Counted from the stretch's first letter, positions 19,614 through 30,650 are shown. The stretch: 64,000 nucleotides of DNA from Bacilli bacterium (GCA_017528315.1 JAFXOW010000028.1:421-64420), one strand, 5' to 3'. The notes: generated from the letters alone by a model not told the origin. Program-made: numbers and translations.

Positions 19614-20111
19614 ATGAATAAAAAAGGGTTTACAACTGTTGAACTTATTTTAACAGTAGCCATAGTATCAGTTTTAATGGTAACTATTACAGGTGTTACA
19701 TATGTTTATCAAGAAAGAACAGTCTATGAAAGAGGTAAAAATGAACTTATTAATTATAAAAATACTGTTACTAAAATAATATATGATGATATTTTTGATA
19801 TTGGAGGAGATAAAAATGTTGTAAAGTTATCCAAAGAATCAAATAATACTTATCATTTAATAAAAAATGATAATACATATTACAAGTTAATAATCCTTAA
19901 TGAGACAGGAAAAGTCGGTATTAAATATGGAAGTGATGATTCAATGGTTGACTATGTTGTACCAGGTTCAGATAAAGGATTAGTTAGAATTAAAAGTGTA
20001 GAAATGTACCCCGAGGGTGGTGGAGAATCAGATATATATAAATTGGACATTATTTTTGAACATTTAGGATTAAATCAAGAATTTAAAATTCACTTAATAT
20101 TTTCAAAATAA
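19614..20111 (+). CDS. Prepilin-type N-terminal cleavage/methylation domain protein (pseudopilin-like)
   Basis: MNKKG|FTTVELILTVAIVSVLMV shows the canonical G/F cleavage site with Glu at +5 and a hydrophobic helix. The remainder has no recognisable motif. Confidence 0.65.
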   Translation: MNKKGFTTVELILTVAIVSVLMVTITGVTYVYQERTVYERGKNELINYKNTVTKIIYDDIFDIGGDKNVVKLSKESNNTYHLIKNDNTYYKLIILNETGKVGIKYGSDDSMVDYVVPGSDKGLVRIKSVEMYPEGGGESDIYKLDIIFEHLGLNQEFKIHLIFSK

Positions 20112-21018
20112 TATAAACAAAACATGAAGAAATAAGACCATGTAATAATCTTGCCTTTAAATAACTAGAATATTTTACTTTATATTTACTTAAAATACCA
20201 AATACTTGCATATGAATACTTAACCCTCCAAAAGATAAAAAGAAAGTAATGAGACAAGCTTTATAAATTAAATTAATATTTAATAAACTTATATAATAAA
20301 TACCACTTGTAATTTCTAAAATGCTTGTTAATATACATTTTAGAATTGGATTGATAGTAATATTTACATTAATAATAGAAATTAAAATCATAAACATAGT
20401 AATAATACCATATAATAAAAATAATATTTTAATAGTATTATAAATAGAATTAGTAAGAGTAGTTATAAAATTTTTCTTTATATTATTATAACTATTTTTT
20501 TTATTTAAATTTACATTGTAATTTCTAGATAAAATACCTATTATAAAATTAGTTACATAATGACATATTAAGATAACTATAGCAACATTTTTATTATGTA
20601 AAAAATTAATACCAATACTATTAATAATAAATAAGGGATTAGAAAAATGGGTAAATAATAAAAGTTTATTAGCATCATTCATATTTATATTCTTATTATC
20701 TAACATTGTATTTATATATTTACTATTACTTGGAAATCCTGAAAGAATAGATAAAACAAAAATGATACTAGAATTAATATTTATTTTAAATAATTTACTT
20801 ATAGGGTTTAAAATAAATTCTAAATAATTTAAAAGCTTATAATTAATTAATAAATCAATTAATATATACATTGGTAAGATACTGGGTATTAAATTATAAA
20901 ACCATATTTTAGAACTATCAATAATACTATTAGATACTATGTTAGAATGATTAAATATTTCGTATAAAAATAAAAATAATAATATTATTATTAAAGTATT
21001 AACATATTTTTTATTCAT
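20083..21018 (-). CDS. ylbJ: Sporulation integral membrane protein YlbJ-like (nucleoside-recognition/Gate domain)
   Basis: Polytopic membrane protein. SFGGLSIHMQV and SILPMYILIDLL resemble YlbJ. It neighbours a ylbL-like gene. Its 3' end overlaps the convergent pseudopilin gene by 29 nt. Confidence 0.55.
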   Translation of the reverse strand: MNKKYVNTLIIILLFLFLYEIFNHSNIVSNSIIDSSKIWFYNLIPSILPMYILIDLLINYKLLNYLEFILNPISKLFKININSSIIFVLSILSGFPSNSKYINTMLDNKNINMNDANKLLLFTHFSNPLFIINSIGINFLHNKNVAIVILICHYVTNFIIGILSRNYNVNLNKKNSYNNIKKNFITTLTNSIYNTIKILFLLYGIITMFMILISIINVNITINPILKCILTSILEITSGIYYISLLNINLIYKACLITFFLSFGGLSIHMQVFGILSKYKVKYSSYLKARLLHGLISSCFVYIILKILSEF

Positions 21019-21058
21019 AAAATACCTTCTTTTTGATATAATTGTTATGGTGATATAA

Positions 21059-22063
21059 ATGACTACTAAAATATATGATAAATTTAAAAAATTTATTAAA
21101 GAGAATTATAAAGAACTAGTTACTTATTTAATCGTATTTATTATTTTAACTTTTAGACTACCATATTATATTTATATAGGTGGAGGGATAATTGATTTAG
21201 ATAAAAGAATTGATATTAAAGGAAATGAAAGTGGGAGTTACAATATGGCTTATGTAAAAGAAATTCATGCGACTATTCCCACCTATTTATTATCATTTAT
21301 AATACCTTCATGGGATTTAGAAAGTATAAATGAAAATAAAATAGATGAAAATGAAGATATAAAAAGTATAGAATTAAGGGACAAATTGTATTTAGAAGAA
21401 GCTAATAACAATGCTATAATAAATGCTTATAAATTATCAAATAGTAATATTACAATAAAAGAGTCTAGTTATAAAGTAATATATATAAGTCCTAAAGCTA
21501 ATACTGATATTAAAGTAGGAGATAAATTAATAAGTGTAAATGGAGTAAGTATTAATAGTAATACTGAATATAAAAAATATTTAAAAACTTTAAATATTGG
21601 TGATGAATTAAAAGTAGTTGTTATAAGAGATGGAAAAGAAATTAATTGTCAGGCTCGTTTAATTGAATTAAATGGTGAAAAAATTATAGGTTTATATCTT
21701 GTGAATTTAGTAAATTTTGAAGTAGATCCAAAAGTTAAATTAAACTTTAAATGGAATGAATCAGGTCCTTCTGGTGGATTCATGTTATCACTTGCTCTTT
21801 TTGATAAATTAGTTGATGATGATTTAACGAAAGGACGAAAGATTGTTGGAACTGGTACTATTGATATAAATGGAAATATTGGAGAAATTGGTGGAATTAA
21901 ATATAAACTTATGGGAGCAGTAAAAAATAAAGCCAATATTTTCTTTGTCCCAACTGATAATTATGAAGAAGCAATGAAAGTAAAAAAACAATTTAATTAT
22001 AAAATTAATATTATTAAAGTTGATACTTTAGAAGATGCTGTAAATTATTTAAAAAATAATTAA
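21059..22063 (+). CDS. YlbL/SepM-type PDZ plus Lon-like (S16) serine protease
   Basis: N-terminal TM, a PDZ domain (IKVGDKLISVNGVSI) and a Lon C-terminal catalytic region (ESGPSGGFMLSLALFDKL ... GTGTIDINGNIGEIGGIKYKLMGA). Confidence 0.8.
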   Translation: MTTKIYDKFKKFIKENYKELVTYLIVFIILTFRLPYYIYIGGGIIDLDKRIDIKGNESGSYNMAYVKEIHATIPTYLLSFIIPSWDLESINENKIDENEDIKSIELRDKLYLEEANNNAIINAYKLSNSNITIKESSYKVIYISPKANTDIKVGDKLISVNGVSINSNTEYKKYLKTLNIGDELKVVVIRDGKEINCQARLIELNGEKIIGLYLVNLVNFEVDPKVKLNFKWNESGPSGGFMLSLALFDKLVDDDLTKGRKIVGTGTIDINGNIGEIGGIKYKLMGAVKNKANIFFVPTDNYEEAMKVKKQFNYKINIIKVDTLEDAVNYLKNN

Positions 22064-22126
22064 AAAATGCAAATTTTTAATTGTTATTTTTTTGAATTTA
22101 GTTTAATATATATATTGGTGATATTA

Positions 22127-22543
22127 ATGAATTTAATCATTTATTATGGAAATAGTAAAGATATTTTAAATATTGTAGAAAAATATAAAAAAGATTATAA
22201 TGCCAGTATTTATGAAATAGAAACAATAAATCCCGTTGGATTTTTTACGAAATTAAAAAATGAAATGGTTTCTATTAAAAGATGTCCTTTAAATATAGGA
22301 GAATTCGATAATATTATTTTAATATCTGAATTATGGTATGATAAAGTACCAAGTCCGGTTATTAGATTTTTAGAACAGATGACTGGTAGAATTAAAAATA
22401 TAATGTATGTATTATATAATAAAAATAAAGATGATAAACCAAAAGAATTTGATAAAATGGATAAAATTCTTAATTTAAGAAGATTAAAATCTTTCTTTGT
22501 AACTTTAGATAAGAAAGAAATACGAGTTAGAGTATATCAGTAG
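22127..22543 (+). CDS. Flavodoxin-like fold protein (Flavodoxin_4-like)
   Basis: Start trimmed to MNLIIYYGNSK (GGTGA upstream). Has DNIILISELWYDKVPSPVIRFLE, which resembles the flavodoxin_4 pattern. Confidence 0.4.
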   Translation: MNLIIYYGNSKDILNIVEKYKKDYNASIYEIETINPVGFFTKLKNEMVSIKRCPLNIGEFDNIILISELWYDKVPSPVIRFLEQMTGRIKNIMYVLYNKNKDDKPKEFDKMDKILNLRRLKSFFVTLDKKEIRVRVYQ

Positions 22544-22566
22544 TATAGTAGTTTTAGGGGTGAAGT

Positions 22567-23181
22567 ATGAAAAGAAAAATTATTTTAATTATATTAGTAT
22601 TTTTATTTAATATGATTTGGGTTAATGCTATAACAGCAACCAATAATTTTGTTAATCATAACAATTTAATAATAAAAATAAAACAAAAAACTAATTTAAA
22701 TAATACCGGTATTATGGATGATTTAGATGTAATGCTTGATAATAATTTAAGTTATGAAGATGTTGATGCCATTACAATTGGAAATAAAATTAATAATAAT
22801 TTAAAAGGTGAACTATCGGGATATGGAGAATTAATTGCTAAATATTCTATTGTAAATGAAGTAAATCCGTATTTAGTGTCAGCTATGATAATTGAAAACT
22901 CTGATTGTGATGAAGTTTGTAGTGTGTTAGTTACTAAATGTAATAATGTTGGTAAACTACTTTATCATAAAGATAGTTTAACAGAAAGTTCTTGCTTTGG
23001 AGGTAATTATCAAAATTTTAGTTCAATTGATTCTTCTATTAAAGCTTATATTAAATATATAAAAACTAATTTTTATGATAAAGAATTAACAACACCTGGA
23101 GCTATTTATAAGATTTATAATAAAGATGTTAGATGGGTATTTAAGGTAAATAATTTGATTGATCAAATTAAGAATAGTTAA
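22567..23181 (+). CDS. Secreted protein, possibly with a muramidase/glucosaminidase-like domain
   Basis: Signal peptide (ILVFLFNMIWVNA). VNPYLVSAMIIENS resembles the catalytic-Glu region of glucosaminidase-type domains. Support is weak. Confidence 0.3.
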   Translation: MKRKIILIILVFLFNMIWVNAITATNNFVNHNNLIIKIKQKTNLNNTGIMDDLDVMLDNNLSYEDVDAITIGNKINNNLKGELSGYGELIAKYSIVNEVNPYLVSAMIIENSDCDEVCSVLVTKCNNVGKLLYHKDSLTESSCFGGNYQNFSSIDSSIKAYIKYIKTNFYDKELTTPGAIYKIYNKDVRWVFKVNNLIDQIKNS

Positions 23182-23220
23182 AGAAATGTTGAAATCAGTT
23201 AACATTCTTTTTTTCTAATT

Positions 23221-23248
23221 TTGCTAATTTTTTAATTTATGATATTAT
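23221..23248 (+). promoter_or_regulatory. Promoter of murD
   Basis: TTGCTA (23221-23226), 16 nt, then TG-n-TATTAT (23240-23248). Confidence 0.45.
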
Positions 23249-23283
23249 ATTAATGTTAATAAACATTAAGAAAGGAGATTTTT

Positions 23284-24622
23284 ATGTTTCAAAATAAAAA
23301 AGTACTAATACTTGGAATGGCTAGAAGTGGTTATAGTGTTGCTTTAACTTTAAAAAAACAGGGTTGTGAAATAATTGTAAATGATTATAATATGGAAGAT
23401 AAACTTAATAAGGAACAAGTAGATAATTTAAAAAAATTAAATATTAAATGTATATTTGGAAGTCATCCAGATAACTTATTAGATAAATCATTTGACTATT
23501 TAATTAAAAATCCTGGTATTAGAAATGATCATAAATATGTAACATTAGCCAATAAGTTAGGAATTCCAGTGATAAATGAAGTAGAAGTTGCTTATCAATT
23601 GTTACCAAAAGATGTAAAAATAATATCAATTACTGGATCAAATGGGAAAACAACAACAACAACTTTAACATATAACATTTTAAAAAAAGCGGGATTACCT
23701 GTTCATCTAGCTGGAAATATTGGTTATCCTTTATGTAGTATAATTGATGAAGTTAAAAGTGGAGATATTATAGTATCTGAAATATCTTGTCAACAATTGG
23801 CTAATATAAAAAATTTTAAACCAAATATCGCGGTGCTTACCAATCTAAGCCCAGCACATATAGATTTTTTTGGTAGTTATGAAGTATATAAAGAAACTAA
23901 AATAAAATTATTTAAAAATCAAACTAATTCGGATTTAGCAATAATAAACTATGATAATTCGGATAGTTTAGAATATCTTAATAAAATAAAAGCATCTAAG
24001 TTATATATTTCTTTAAAAGAAGAAAAGAACGGTTATTTTAAAAATAATAAACTATATTATAATGATGAAGTTGTTATGAATCGAGATGACTACTTCTTAA
24101 AGGGTGATCATAATGTAGCTAATGCGTTAGGGGCAATTTTAGTTGCTAAACAATTTAATATAGAAAATGAAATAATTAAAGATGTTTTAGAAACCTTTCG
24201 AGGGGTTCCTCATCGCCTTGAATATGTTGATACAGTAAAGGGAATTGTCTTTTATAATGATACGGAAGCAACTAATATTAAATGTACTCAAATTGCTTTA
24301 TCATCGTTTACTAAACCAATTATTCTTTTTTTAGGAGGACTTGAAAGAGGACAAGATTTTAATGAATTAAAAGATTATATGAGAGAGGTTAAAGTCATAA
24401 TTGGAATAGGTGAATGTCGAAAAAGAGTTAAAGATTTTGCAGAATCATTAGGAATTGAATGTTATATATTTGAACATCTTAAAGATAGTTTTAAAAAAGT
24501 AATAGAAAAAGCCCAAAAGGATGATATAGTTTTACTTAGTCCAGCCAGTGCTTCCTGGGATCAATATAAGGAATGTGAAGAAAGAGGCGACGAGTTTAAA
24601 AAATTAGTTGAGGAGTATAAAA

Positions 24623-24636
<14 letters not shown>
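23284..24636 (+). CDS. murD: UDP-N-acetylmuramoylalanine--D-glutamate ligase
   Basis: [16 protein letters not shown], the P-loop [13 protein letters not shown], and [11 protein letters not shown]; ~450 aa. Confidence 0.92.
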
Positions 24637-26111
<1,475 letters not shown>

Positions 26112-26117
26112 TATATA

Positions 26118-26312
26118 TTAATGCTGTTTATTATTGTCTAAAATATAAAATAATTGATAATAATTAGATAATAAATCTTCTAGAATAATTAATTGTTTTT
26201 TATCTTCATGTCTTGTAAAATTTATTTTTTGATTAATTTTTTTCTTTAAATATTTAATTTCTTTCTCTAAATAAATAATATTATTATTTAATTTTTTTTT
26301 ATAAAAGTACAT
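26118..26312 (-). CDS. Small hypothetical protein (64 aa, Lys/Asn-rich, helical), divergent from the XRE regulator
   Basis: Good SD (AGGAAG 7 nt before the ATG on the minus strand). No recognisable motif. Confidence 0.45.
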   Translation of the reverse strand: MYFYKKKLNNNIIYLEKEIKYLKKKINQKINFTRHEDKKQLIILEDLLSNYYQLFYILDNNKQH

Positions 26313-26335
26313 TTTCTCACTTCCTAAGAAATATT

Positions 26336-26378
26336 TTATGCGTATTCAGCATAAAAGTCAATATGCGACAAATGCATA
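26336..26378. promoter_or_regulatory. Two copies of an inverted-repeat operator TATGC-N7-GCATA in a divergent promoter region
   Basis: TTATGC-gtattca-GCATAA (26336-26354) and TATGC-gacaaat-GCATA (26362-26378). Their centres are 25 bp apart. Confidence 0.5.
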
Positions 26379-26408
26379 ATATACAATTTACTTGGTGGTA
26401 AATATTTT

Positions 26409-26633
26409 ATGAAAAGACTTAGGGACTTGAGAGAAGATAGAGACCTAACACAAAGTAAAGTTGCCAAAATAATTGGCTGTTCTCAGACGACTTACTCAAG
26501 ATATGAAAATGGAATAATTGATGTTCCAAACGATATTCTTAATAAGTTAGCTGATATTTATGAGGTAAGTGTTGATTTTATCATGGATAGAACTGATATA
26601 AGGAAACCTTATAAGAAGAGGAAAGATAAATAA
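26409..26633 (+). CDS. XRE-family helix-turn-helix transcriptional regulator (74 aa)
   Basis: LRDLREDRDLTQSKVAKIIGCSQTTYSRYENG is a classic Cro/CI HTH. Confidence 0.85.
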   Translation: MKRLRDLREDRDLTQSKVAKIIGCSQTTYSRYENGIIDVPNDILNKLADIYEVSVDFIMDRTDIRKPYKKRKDK

Positions 26634-26655
26634 GTGTTGGCTATTTATCTTTTTT
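26624..26655 (+). terminator. Intrinsic terminator of the XRE gene
   Basis: 9-bp stem AGATAAATA/TATTTATCT, 9-nt loop, T5 run. It overlaps the stop codon. Confidence 0.6.
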
Positions 26656-26683
26656 CGTTTATAATTATTATGGTGATAGGAAT

Positions 26684-28012
26684 ATGAATGAAATTGCTTT
26701 AGAACTTTGTCCGCTTGATTCAAGATATGTGGATATTAAAGAAATGTTATCCTCTTATTTTTCAGAATATGCTTATGTAAAATATAGAGTATTTGTAGAA
26801 ATTAAATGGCTTATTTATTTAATTAATAATAAATTAATTAAGGGAGATACTAAAAAAATTATAGAAATATATAATAAATTTGATATTAAGTCTTTTAAAG
26901 AGTTTAAAAAATATGAAAAGATAACTAACCATGACGTAAAGGCAATAGAATATTTTATTGATAAAAAATTAGAGCGTATAAATTTAAGTAATTTAAAATG
27001 TTTGGTTCATTTTGGTTTAACATCTGAGGATGTAAATAATACTTCATATGCTTTAATGATAAAAGATTTTTTAGATAATATTTATTATAAAAAGATTAAT
27101 GAACTACTTAATTATTTAAAAGATTTAAGTTTAGAATATAAAGATATTAGTATGTTAGCTCATACTCATGGACAACCAGCAACTCCGACAACCGTTGGTA
27201 AAGAATTTAAAATATATATTTATAGAATCGAAGAAGAATTAAAAAAATTAAAAAAAATTGCTATTAAAGCTAAATTTAATGGGGCAACCGGCAATTATAG
27301 TGCTATTCATACTGTTTATCCTAAACTTAAAGTAGATAGATTTTGTAAAGAGTTTATTGAAAGTTTAGATCTATCTTTTAATCCTTTAACAACTCAAATT
27401 GAAAGTCATGATTATATAGTATCAATTGTAGATATAATAAGACATATAAACAATATAATAAATGATTTAAATTTAGATATGTGGTTATATATTAGTTATG
27501 GTTATTTTAAATTAAAAGTAGTTAATAGAGAAGTTGGAAGTAGTACCATGCCTCATAAAGTTAATCCTATTAATTTTGAAAATAGTGAATCTAATATGGA
27601 AACTAGTAACAGTTTACTCATGATGTTATCTAATAAATTACCAAGATCTAGAATGCAAAGAGATTTATCAGATTCAAGTACGCTTAGAAATTTAGGAATA
27701 GCTTTTGGATATAGTATGCAGGGAGTTAAAGAAACTTTAAAAGGTTTAAGTAGAGTAAGTATTAATAAGGAAGTAATAGATAAAGAACTTGAAGAAAATT
27801 ATGAAGTATTAGCTGAACCAATTCAAACAATGCTTAGAAAAAATAATATAGAAAACAGTTATGAAAAATTAAAAGAATTAACAAGAGGAAAAAAAATAAC
27901 TAAAGAAATGTTAACATCTTTTATAGAAAATTTAGATATACCAAATTCTGATAAAGAGATATTGCTAAAATTAGAACCTAAAAATTATATAGGCCTTGCA
28001 AATATATTATAA
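26684..28012 (+). CDS. purB: Adenylosuccinate lyase
   Basis: LCPLDSRY, GLTSEDVNNT, AHTHGQPATPTTVGKE and the signature GSSTMPHKVNPINFENSE. Confidence 0.93.
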   Translation: MNEIALELCPLDSRYVDIKEMLSSYFSEYAYVKYRVFVEIKWLIYLINNKLIKGDTKKIIEIYNKFDIKSFKEFKKYEKITNHDVKAIEYFIDKKLERINLSNLKCLVHFGLTSEDVNNTSYALMIKDFLDNIYYKKINELLNYLKDLSLEYKDISMLAHTHGQPATPTTVGKEFKIYIYRIEEELKKLKKIAIKAKFNGATGNYSAIHTVYPKLKVDRFCKEFIESLDLSFNPLTTQIESHDYIVSIVDIIRHINNIINDLNLDMWLYISYGYFKLKVVNREVGSSTMPHKVNPINFENSESNMETSNSLLMMLSNKLPRSRMQRDLSDSSTLRNLGIAFGYSMQGVKETLKGLSRVSINKEVIDKELEENYEVLAEPIQTMLRKNNIENSYEKLKELTRGKKITKEMLTSFIENLDIPNSDKEILLKLEPKNYIGLANIL

Positions 28013-28125
28013 AAAATAATCGTTTGACTATTTTTATATAAGCTAATAAATTAACTATAATTACAGTTTTTGATAAAAATAAATGTCAAGAGAAATGTCA
28101 ATTTTTTAGAAAATTTTTTCTTAAT

Positions 28126-28154
28126 TTGACGATTAAGTTTATTTTTGGTAGAAT
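28126..28154 (+). promoter_or_regulatory. Near-consensus orphan promoter in the purB-downstream gap
   Basis: TTGACG (28126-28131), a 17-nt spacer ending in TGG, then TAGAAT (28149-28154). Confidence 0.45.
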
Positions 28155-28160
28155 AAATAT

Positions 28161-28247
28161 GAGTCCATGATAAATAGTCTTATTTTATTAAACTCACGCA
28201 TTAGAATAAATTAAGATATCAAACAGGTAGCAATATCTGTTTTTTTC
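28161..28247 (+). ncRNA. Candidate small RNA (~85 nt), defined only by a promoter and a terminator-like hairpin
   Basis: The transcript would start ~28161. The hairpin is AGATAT/ATATCT or AAACAG/CTGTTT (28214-28242), followed by T7. The only ORF inside is MSP-stop. Confidence 0.25.
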
Positions 28248-28356
28248 TATTTAATATTTACAAAATATGACATATTTAGTTAATAAAACCTTAAAAATAT
28301 TGAATTAAATTATAAATTCTTGTATAATCTAATTATTGGAATAAAAGGAGTAGTTT

Positions 28357-29613
28357 ATGACAAAAAGAAGAAGACATAGAAAAAGAATATTTTTACCTAA
28401 AGTACAAACAACTTTTTGTATTTTAAGTTTAATTTTTATACTTGGATGTTTCGTATATTACGGAAGTCGTTTATATAAATATTATAAGATATATAATCCT
28501 AAAAATGAAGCCGGAGAAATACTTTTAAATTTACCATCTAAAATAATTGATGATTCAATGATTGTTGAATCAGGATCGGGTTTATACTTAATTAATAATA
28601 ATTATGTTTATAAAGGAGAAGAAGTTGATAATTATATTTTAATTAATAATATATTATTTAGAATTATTAGAATAAACTCTGATAAGACGATGGACTTAGT
28701 AATGGATGAATATGTTAATAAAGTAATGTGGAATAAAGAAATTACAACATATGATAAATCAAGTATTAAAACCTATTTAGAAAAGACAATTTTACCACTT
28801 GTAAATGAAAATTATTTAGTTAAAACATCTTATTGTACTGATAAAATTTATGAATTAAAGGAAGTTAGTTGTGATAACACTAATAATGATTCTTATATTA
28901 GACTTTTAGGAATTAATGATTATTTAAATAGTTTAGATGATGATAAATCTTACATGAGTGGAGACTATGTATGGTTATATAATTCTGGTAAAAATAATGC
29001 ATGGCATACAACGGAAAAATATATTTCTAATAGTGATCCTAATAATTTATATGGAGTAAAAGCAGTTATCACTTTAAAAAATTCGGTTACTTATTTAAAA
29101 GGAAATGGAACAAAAGATAATCCTTATACCTTAGAAGAAAATAATCAAGATATTAAAGTAGTAAGTTATCTAGATATAAATGATAATGTTTATATTGTTT
29201 ATGAAGTTGGAAGTAATTATTTAAAAGTTGAAAGTAATAAATTATTAAAAGATAAACAAATGTTTGATAAAACTAGTACTAATTATGAAAAATCATCTTT
29301 AAAGACTTATTTAGAAAATACTTATCTTGATAAATTAAAGATAAATAATTATTTAACAACAGTAGATTTTAATGGTATAGAGTCAAAAATTGGCCTTTTA
29401 AGTAGTAAAGATTTAAAATTTAATAGTGACTTAAATAATTATTATTTAAATGACGTTGAAGATGAGGAAGTAGTTGTCTATAATGGAAGTGTTTTAAAAA
29501 GTGCACCTTCTACAAAACGAAATATAAGATATGCCTTAGGAATAAAGAAAAATCTGAAAATTGTAAGTGGAAATGGTTCTAAATATGCACCATTTATCGT
29601 GGAGGTAAACTAA
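28357..29613 (+). CDS. Membrane-anchored secreted protein with two repeated modules each ending G-N-G-[TS]-K-x-x-P-[YF]
   Basis: Basic N-terminus plus a TM. Module ends: GVKAVITLKNSVTYLKGNGTKDNPYTLEE and IRYALGIKKNLKIVSGNGSKYAPFIVEVN. It is paralogous in layout to 49148..50743. It resembles what I recall as DUF6273, but I am not sure of that. Confidence 0.5.
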   Translation: MTKRRRHRKRIFLPKVQTTFCILSLIFILGCFVYYGSRLYKYYKIYNPKNEAGEILLNLPSKIIDDSMIVESGSGLYLINNNYVYKGEEVDNYILINNILFRIIRINSDKTMDLVMDEYVNKVMWNKEITTYDKSSIKTYLEKTILPLVNENYLVKTSYCTDKIYELKEVSCDNTNNDSYIRLLGINDYLNSLDDDKSYMSGDYVWLYNSGKNNAWHTTEKYISNSDPNNLYGVKAVITLKNSVTYLKGNGTKDNPYTLEENNQDIKVVSYLDINDNVYIVYEVGSNYLKVESNKLLKDKQMFDKTSTNYEKSSLKTYLENTYLDKLKINNYLTTVDFNGIESKIGLLSSKDLKFNSDLNNYYLNDVEDEEVVVYNGSVLKSAPSTKRNIRYALGIKKNLKIVSGNGSKYAPFIVEVN

Positions 29614-30623
29614 TGAGAAAGACAACAATATTTTTTCTATTAATTGACTTAATTGCAGCAGCTTGTTTTGTTCTTTTCTATGGACCATATGAAGATTTCC
29701 GTAATACAATTATTAATACAGCTATGGTTACTAAGACTCATCAATATATTGCTTATACGTTTTATAATGAAAATATTGTAAATAAAGTTTTGGAATTAAA
29801 TAAATATATTCCAGTTTCAGGCAACTTAGATTTAGATGCTATTGTAATAGACACATCCGAAAAAAAGCATTATGATAATGAATATGACGAAGCCGTTCTA
29901 AAAAGAGAAAATGGTAATCAAGATTATAAATATTTAAAAGTAAAAGTTGGTAAATATAATGCTCATATGGTAGCTGTATATCATCCGGAAAATGTTAAAC
30001 TTTTGACCATTAAGTCTTTTAATAAAGGTGGAAACCAAGAAACAGTTCTTAATATGTGTAAGCGTACTGGTGGAATTGTATGTATTAATGGTGGAGGTTT
30101 TAAAGATCCTGATGGTTGGGGTAGTGATATTCCTAATGGCTATGTAATAAAAGATGGCGAAGTTGTTTTTGCTGAAAATAAAGATAAACAAGATATCATT
30201 GGAATTACTAAAGACAATAAATTATTGTTAGTAAATGCAACTGGTGAAGAAGCAGTAGCTATGGGAATGCGTGATGGTATTCAATTTGGACCTTTCTTAA
30301 TTTTAAATGGTGAAAGTATTAAATATTCTAGTAGTGCCGGAGGATACGATAGAGCAGCACGAGTTGCAATTGCTCAAAGAAAAGATGGAGTAATATTATT
30401 CTTAGCCACAGAAGGAACTCATGGAAGTGGTCCAACTATGAAAGAAGTAATTGATACTTTGGAGTTATATGGTGCTTATAATGCTGCAAATCTTGATGGT
30501 GGAACGAGTGCTCAAATGGTTATAAATAATAAATTGGTTAACAATCCTAAAAACGTCTTTGGTCAATCAGTAGCTGGTGGTAGACGAGTAGTTACCGGTT
30601 TTGGATTAATGCCTAGTAAGTAA
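29613..30623 (+). CDS. Phosphodiester glycosidase family protein (NAGPA-like domain)
   Basis: N-terminal TM, VCINGGGFKD and AANLDGGTSAQMV motifs. ATG overlaps the upstream stop (TAATG). Confidence 0.6.
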   Translation: MRKTTIFFLLIDLIAAACFVLFYGPYEDFRNTIINTAMVTKTHQYIAYTFYNENIVNKVLELNKYIPVSGNLDLDAIVIDTSEKKHYDNEYDEAVLKRENGNQDYKYLKVKVGKYNAHMVAVYHPENVKLLTIKSFNKGGNQETVLNMCKRTGGIVCINGGGFKDPDGWGSDIPNGYVIKDGEVVFAENKDKQDIIGITKDNKLLLVNATGEEAVAMGMRDGIQFGPFLILNGESIKYSSSAGGYDRAARVAIAQRKDGVILFLATEGTHGSGPTMKEVIDTLELYGAYNAANLDGGTSAQMVINNKLVNNPKNVFGQSVAGGRRVVTGFGLMPSK

Positions 30624-30648
30624 AGAGAATAATGATTCTCTTTTTTTT
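30622..30648 (+). terminator. Intrinsic terminator
   Basis: 9-bp stem AAAGAGAAT/ATTCTCTTT, loop AATG, and a T-run. Confidence 0.7.
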
Positions 30649-30650
30649 AT

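Noticed and set aside
21649-21936. 95-aa minus-strand ORF inside the ylbL/sepM-like gene
   Set aside because: It is antisense to the Lon-like catalytic region and has a Pro/Phe-rich artefactual composition.
29934-30191. 85-aa minus-strand ORF inside the NAGPA-like gene
   Set aside because: Antisense artefact with no RBS.
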